From: Halobacteriovoraceae bacterium
GTDB lineage: Bacteria; Bdellovibrionota; Bacteriovoracia; Bacteriovoracales; Bacteriovoracaceae
Direction of reading: 5' to 3'
NCBI GenBank assembly: GCA_963719505.1
Contig: CAVRCF010000005.1
Coordinates: forward strand, 224,001 to 288,000
Length of the DNA stretch: 64,000 nt
Part shown: positions 58,789 to 64,000 of the stretch, piece after piece
How positions within the stretch are numbered: the first letter of the stretch is position 1
Layout: every line of letters begins with the position of its first letter
Notes under the pieces: model-generated
Told to the model about the DNA's origin: nothing
Seen by the model: only the letters and a program-made list of their open reading frames with translations
Databases searched by the model: none
Made by a program: the position numbers and the translations under genes

Positions 58789-61700
58789 CTACAGGTCTAG
58801 CTCTAAAGGAGCACCATGCCTCATAGTGTTGATAGCAAAAGAGCGCACAATACTGTATTCCTTTGCATATCTATCCCAGTCGCGCATAAATATAGTTTCA
58901 CCACTAACGATGTATTTCACTAAGAAATCTCTCTCTACTTCAAACAGGTGCTTACTAACAAGATCAATAATCTTTTTAGAGTTTTCACTGACCACAAACT
59001 CAAAGTTTGAATCCCGTAGAGTCTCAGTTAATTTTTCTTTATTTAGGTTAAAAGCGACGATATTAAAGGGAGAGAATCCTACAATATAGGCCAAATCAAT
59101 AATTGGCATCCAGCTTTCATAACAATCTTTATTAAGGCAAACGACATTAACCGCATTTCCAACACCGATATTAACTAACATATCGACTAAAAGAGAAAAA
59201 TCAATCTCGTTACTTGCTGCTATGAACAGACCGTGGCCGAGTTTGAGGTCACGTTTGTCAAAACTAATCTGACCGGGAATATCTCTGTTGGGAAATTCTC
59301 TTTTTTCGAGAAGGTTTGTATCGTCTTTTAAATACTCCATCAGACTGATGAGATCATCCTTTTGATGATAATCAATTCCCTTAAAGAAATATTCGTATCT
59401 ATTGATGAGTCTATCAATTAACTCAATGAGGTTATCAATTCTTTTTCTTTGCGTGAGTTTTGATTCGCTAGCAAGGGCAAAATCATCAACGAGTTCATTA
59501 TCGAGCACAAGGTCATCTAGCTTCTTTTCGGAGTCAACGGTCATAAAGCTGTAGAGATAATCTTCTCCACCAGCTTTTGGTCCAGTTCCACTCATTTTAA
59601 AGCCTCCAAATGGCTCAATGGCAACTCGCGCCCCTGTATTTGGTCTATTGATATAGATGTTTCCACACTCAAGTTTTGGAGCGAGATAATCAATATCATC
59701 TTGAGACTGACAAAAAATCCCACCCGTTAGAGCGTATTGAGTAGAATTAAAGATAGTCACAGCTTCATCTAAATCATCAAAAGGAATAATATGAATAAGC
59801 GGACCAAAAATTTCAGTTTGAGCGATACTGTCCTTATCCATAGATCGAAGAGCACTCACTTCATACACTGACGGTCCCACACAATGACCTGGGTAGTCTC
59901 CTTGAGATAAGTCTACATGAACAACGCCACCGAACTTCTCAACCTCTTCAGCGGCTTTTTTATTGAGTTCAATCAGTCTCTCTTTATCTTCCGCACCAAT
60001 AAGAGGATTGATAAATGTATCGAAGTTATCACTCTTTCCGACAGTAATATCTCTTACTGCATGAACAAAGCGTTGAATAAAAGCATCTTTCACTTTTGCA
60101 TCGATAATAATTCTTGAAGCCGCTGAACATTTTTGGCCAGCGTGAGCAAAACACGCATAGATAAGTCCAGAAACTGTTTCATCAAGCTCACAGTTATTTG
60201 TCACGATGACTGCGTTTTTACCACCCATCTCAGTAATTGCCATTCGGCTAATACCTTCTTTTGTTTTCGATTTTATAGTCTTATAAATTTCAGTACCAAC
60301 GGCTTTAGATCCCGTGAAAACGACACCATCGATGTCTTTATGGTTTGTGATATGGGCACCGATATCTCCGTGACCAAAAGCGAGCTTGAAGACATCTTCA
60401 CTGATCCCAGCTTCAAGAGCAAGGTCATAGAATTTCTTCACAATTAAAGGGGTCTGCTCAGCTGGTTTTAATAAAACGGTATTCCCAGTAACAAGAGCGG
60501 CCACACTCATCCCCACAGGTATCGCCAGCGGAAAGTTCCAAGGGGCAACAACACCGATTACACCTCTTGGTGAATAATCTCCGTGATGAATCTTTATATC
60601 AAAGTAGGTTCTCACGTAGAAAAGAATAAAATCGATCGCCTCATCAACATCAGCGATCGCCTCTTCTATCGTTTTACCAGCTTCAAAAATAATAAGGCTG
60701 GTGAAACTCTCTCTATTAATGAGGAGTAAATCAGCTAACTTGAGTAAAGCTGCGTGCCTTTCATTTTTGAGATCGGCCCAACTTCCTTCGATGCTTGCCG
60801 CTTTAAGGACTTCAATCTTTGCGTCGACACTTTCTTTAGAATCTAACTCGACACTTCCGATGACCATGGTTGGATCAGAGGGAGAAAAGACCTTTTCACC
60901 TTGATGGTTTGTATCCATACTCAAAAGCTTTCTTTGCTCAAAACACTCTAAGAAATACTCTAAATGTTGGGGTCTATAGGTTCTAATGGGGTAGATATTT
61001 TTAAAGTTACGTCTAAGCTTCAATATAGAATCATCATAGACTAATTCTTTTTTAAGAAATTTTTCTTCAATCCTCTCGGTCGGAGTTTTGAAGTTCATTT
61101 TCTTTTTATGACTTCTCATAATTGTTAAAATTCCAACTTGAGAGGAGTTTTCCATAATTCTTCTTACAAGATAAGCCATCCCAACCAAAAGATTTCCAAC
61201 AGGAATATAATTTCTTGTTGGCCACTTCATTAAAGATAACCCATAAGACAGTGCCTCGTAAGTCATATGAAGACACTGATGCTCGATCATAGGCGCATTT
61301 GGAAAGTTGGTCTCCCTCAGGGCTTCTGCAAAACAGTGGTCTTGAATATTATGACTCGCGACCGCAAGTTGAATATGTTGATCTTCTTTAAGGCAAAGAT
61401 AAACAACTTGTCTAAAGTGAATATCTGTTTCTTCCTTATTTAAAAACTCTGGGGCTTCAAAATTAAAGGCTTTCGCTTCAACCGTCTCAACGTCCCAATA
61501 AGCCCCCTTAACCAGTCGAATAGGCATTCTGAGCCCTCGTTTTTTAGCAAGTGCCAAGACATCTTGGAAGTGAAGGTGTCCATCTCGAAGATAAGCCTGA
61601 ATAACGATACCGGTATCGGAGAAGTTTTTAAGCTCTTCCGTCTCTAGTAAAAGTTTACCGTAGACTTCTAACACAGTATCTCTGTAGTGATAGTGTTCGG

Positions 61701-62886
61701 CATCGATATTGATAAACACTTCTTTTTTCTTGGCCGCTAAAAGTATATTTCTCAAGCGAGGTGCAATAGATTTATAGGTAGACTCAAAGTCATAGGGCTT
61801 AAAGTCGTGAGTAAGAGCTGATACCTTGATTGATACGTGCGCTTTATTTATTCCAGCAGCGTTTCGCTGACCGGGTTTAATATGCTGACTCATTCCATCA
61901 ATAAGTTCTATCACTTTTGATTCATAGAGATTGGCTTCTTCTTTGGAGACGACAAGCTCCCCTAGTTGATCTAAAGTCGCGTCTCGGTTTGACTTTAATA
62001 ATGATGCCAAAGACTTTTTAGCCGTCTCGATTGTCTCTCCGGCAATAAACCTTTTGGCCATAAATGAGACTGAAAATTTAATCGTTGCAGAGAGAATTTT
62101 TGCCGGAATTAACGAGCAAAAATTGTAAACGAAGTTAATCGCTATAAGGTATCTCTTTGGTAAACCTTTATCTTGCCCTTTAAGTCGCTTCATTTTTGCG
62201 GTCTTTGAATCGGCATTTAGTCTTCTCAAGGCTTCAAGGAATATTCGTTTCACCTCTTCCCCATCATTTTCGTGCTCAAGAGAGGGAAGAATGGCCAAAA
62301 ACTTTAAAAGGTGAATTCGTATGAGTTTATAATTGGCCGTTAAATCCAAGCCAATATCAGTTAGTTTTTCAAACCATGACTGATCATATTGATTTATTTT
62401 CTCTATTAAATGACGGGACATCTCCTCTGTCTTTTCCAATGCCTTCTCAAATTCACTATCTCTAAAGTTGACCAAGCCATGCTCGTGACTGATTTGATCA
62501 ATGATCGGGGGTGAATTCTCGACGGGGATTTTCGCGATCTTATTAGCGTGCTTAGAAATATCAGAAATCTGCTCTTCCATATCATTGTGTGTATACCAAC
62601 GAAGAAGCGCCAACTCATAATTTAACTGTTTTGATCCGACTAAGACTTTTTTCTCTTTAGGAAATATTGCACCGGTCATTTGAATATTCTTCTCTTCCAT
62701 AGAAAAGCGAAATGGGAGATCGTATTCCTTATCCAAGACATATCTTATCTTCTCTTTGATCGAGGCACAAAACTCACCCTCTCGAATAAGATAGTTTTCA
62801 TGAATATCATAAAAACTCATGCTCCAACTTTCTTCTTTAATTAGTGATTCAACTGACTTTACTTGATACAAATTCTTCTGACTCAT
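58789..62886 (-). CDS. putA: Bifunctional proline dehydrogenase / P5C dehydrogenase
   Basis: FIAGET, SIKVS, RLVKGAYW, YLVRRIMEN; PWNFP, FTGS, EMGGKN, GQKCSA, EIFGP, GPKAGG. Confidence 0.93.
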   Translation of the reverse strand: MSQKNLYQVKSVESLIKEESWSMSFYDIHENYLIREGEFCASIKEKIRYVLDKEYDLPFRFSMEEKNIQMTGAIFPKEKKVLVGSKQLNYELALLRWYTHNDMEEQISDISKHANKIAKIPVENSPPIIDQISHEHGLVNFRDSEFEKALEKTEEMSRHLIEKINQYDQSWFEKLTDIGLDLTANYKLIRIHLLKFLAILPSLEHENDGEEVKRIFLEALRRLNADSKTAKMKRLKGQDKGLPKRYLIAINFVYNFCSLIPAKILSATIKFSVSFMAKRFIAGETIETAKKSLASLLKSNRDATLDQLGELVVSKEEANLYESKVIELIDGMSQHIKPGQRNAAGINKAHVSIKVSALTHDFKPYDFESTYKSIAPRLRNILLAAKKKEVFINIDAEHYHYRDTVLEVYGKLLLETEELKNFSDTGIVIQAYLRDGHLHFQDVLALAKKRGLRMPIRLVKGAYWDVETVEAKAFNFEAPEFLNKEETDIHFRQVVYLCLKEDQHIQLAVASHNIQDHCFAEALRETNFPNAPMIEHQCLHMTYEALSYGLSLMKWPTRNYIPVGNLLVGMAYLVRRIMENSSQVGILTIMRSHKKKMNFKTPTERIEEKFLKKELVYDDSILKLRRNFKNIYPIRTYRPQHLEYFLECFEQRKLLSMDTNHQGEKVFSPSDPTMVIGSVELDSKESVDAKIEVLKAASIEGSWADLKNERHAALLKLADLLLINRESFTSLIIFEAGKTIEEAIADVDEAIDFILFYVRTYFDIKIHHGDYSPRGVIGVVAPWNFPLAIPVGMSVAALVTGNTVLLKPAEQTPLIVKKFYDLALEAGISEDVFKLAFGHGDIGAHITNHKDIDGVVFTGSKAVGTEIYKTIKSKTKEGISRMAITEMGGKNAVIVTNNCELDETVSGLIYACFAHAGQKCSAASRIIIDAKVKDAFIQRFVHAVRDITVGKSDNFDTFINPLIGAEDKERLIELNKKAAEEVEKFGGVVHVDLSQGDYPGHCVGPSVYEVSALRSMDKDSIAQTEIFGPLIHIIPFDDLDEAVTIFNSTQYALTGGIFCQSQDDIDYLAPKLECGNIYINRPNTGARVAIEPFGGFKMSGTGPKAGGEDYLYSFMTVDSEKKLDDLVLDNELVDDFALASESKLTQRKRIDNLIELIDRLINRYEYFFKGIDYHQKDDLISLMEYLKDDTNLLEKREFPNRDIPGQISFDKRDLKLGHGLFIAASNEIDFSLLVDMLVNIGVGNAVNVVCLNKDCYESWMPIIDLAYIVGFSPFNIVAFNLNKEKLTETLRDSNFEFVVSENSKKIIDLVSKHLFEVERDFLVKYIVSGETIFMRDWDRYAKEYSIVRSFAINTMRHGAPLELDL

Positions 62887-62951
62887 ATAACTCTATATCC
62901 TTTTTAAGATTTCCCACTAGTCTACATGTTCGGTAAAGAAAAAGCGAACAA

Positions 62952-62980
62952 TTGACTGTATGTATAGGTCTCTATAAAAT
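62952..62980 (+). promoter_or_regulatory. Putative sigma70 promoter (leaderless transcript)
   Basis: TTGACT-N17-TAAAAT, 6 nt before ATG 62987. Confidence 0.6.
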
Positions 62981-62986
62981 TTAGTG

Positions 62987-64000
62987 ATGCTACTCAATCT
63001 TGGGCTCTTTTTAGCCATATTTATAAATTTCGCATACGGCCAAACCGTTCAAATCTACTCTATAGAGGACCTCAAGGTCTTATCCATTGAGAAAAGCTAT
63101 GAAGAGTTCTTCAAGCACGCAAAGGACGTTGTTCCATCAAAGCGCGATGCCAATTGGAAAAACTTGGTAAACACCATGAGCTCCGACTACCTCAATCGCC
63201 TTATGGCCGTTGAGATTAGTGCTAAAGAGATGGAGACCATAACTGAAATATCGAATTGGAATAGTTTAAAAGACGATGAGTTTTTTGTAGAAAAGTTTAC
63301 AAAAGTAGCATCTCGTTATTTTACACAGTGCTTTAAGTCAAAGGGGGCAGTTTGTGAAAAGAATCTTCGAGCTTTTGTCAAAGGCAGAAAGATTGATAAG
63401 AAGCTCCGCATAGAGCTTTCAAGCATTTTGTATGCGAATGGTATTCAAAAAAATCTATACTCATTGATTAAACCTATGGCCCAAGACACCTTGGGTGAAT
63501 TTTATTGTGGAAAGCCTCCAACATCTGAGATTATTTTAAGTGAGATTTATCAAAACACGGCCTCTACAAAGTCGATACATAAAGACTGCTTAAAGGTTCT
63601 TCTTCCTAAAATAAAGGAAAATCTTACAAAAGGGGCCAGTCCTCTAATGAGATACACCACTTATAGTATTCTAAAAAACTCAAAGACGCTGACCAAGCTA
63701 GATGAATCCACTTATCTTACAGCTCAGCTCATCTCTCACTTTAATCTGGATGCAAATCAAATGTTGCGAGGTTATAACGAGCTCAAAAAGTTATCAGTCA
63801 CACCAACTCAAAGAGAGCAGGTGCTCAACAAGCTCAAACAAATGATTCCTTTGCCAGGACTCGTTTTTAAACAGCGAACGAAACCAGCCTATGCAATCAT
63901 CTCTGGCCTTCTTCGCTACATGCCAGAGTATCTAGACTTTTATGCGACAACTTGTCTTGATCATTTGAGTGGAAAAAAAGAAACAGCTGGTGGCAATCCT
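62987..64000 (+). CDS. Secreted hypothetical protein, runs off 3' end
   Basis: MLLNLGLFLAIFINFAYGQ...EEFFKHAKDVVPSKRDANW; apparently open to window end, hence missing from ORF track. Confidence 0.75.
   Translation, partial: MLLNLGLFLAIFINFAYGQTVQIYSIEDLKVLSIEKSYEEFFKHAKDVVPSKRDANWKNLVNTMSSDYLNRLMAVEISAKEMETITEISNWNSLKDDEFFVEKFTKVASRYFTQCFKSKGAVCEKNLRAFVKGRKIDKKLRIELSSILYANGIQKNLYSLIKPMAQDTLGEFYCGKPPTSEIILSEIYQNTASTKSIHKDCLKVLLPKIKENLTKGASPLMRYTTYSILKNSKTLTKLDESTYLTAQLISHFNLDANQMLRGYNELKKLSVTPTQREQVLNKLKQMIPLPGLVFKQRTKPAYAIISGLLRYMPEYLDFYATTCLDHLSGKKETAGGNP

Noticed and set aside
3755-62618. Numerous 60-140 aa ORFs nested in or antisense to long genes
   Set aside because: Shadow ORFs with no motifs or RBS, overlapping well-supported CDSs.
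1-64000. CRISPR array, rRNA, tRNA, prophage
   Set aside because: No regularly spaced repeats, structural RNA signatures or phage hallmark genes were seen by eye.
20000-64000. GC-skew inversion at the dif-like site
   Set aside because: Spot counts by eye were too few and inconsistent to claim; this needs computation.

Overview
AT-rich bacterial chromosomal window with about 60 densely packed genes. The many secreted orphans, PilZ proteins and FliA-type promoters suggest a predatory Bdellovibrionota/Bacteriovoracaceae-like organism (inference). Core functions include a DEAD-box helicase, DTW, desaturase, ABC-F, HtpX, FabK-like, MnmD, FadD, GltS, mtnBCD plus an aminotransferase, TrmK, ProC and PutA. 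There is also a 9-gene MMPL/LolA-like/MoxR/DUF58/transglutaminase operon. The most notable structure is an integrase-free ~8.2 kb island (38736-46944) bounded by a 16-bp direct repeat. Its right copy belongs to a perfectly symmetric 11-6-11 dif/Xer-like site. The island carries a hydrolase + lipoprotein + PKD-repeat three-gene module, an IS481 inserted in a hairpin, and an AT-rich deacetylase. Other signals are a triad-dead pseudoprotease, several secreted Cys/His-Asp enzymes, sigma28 promoters, likely leaderless genes, and four frameshifted genes (possibly sequencing errors). No rRNA, tRNA or CRISPR array was seen.
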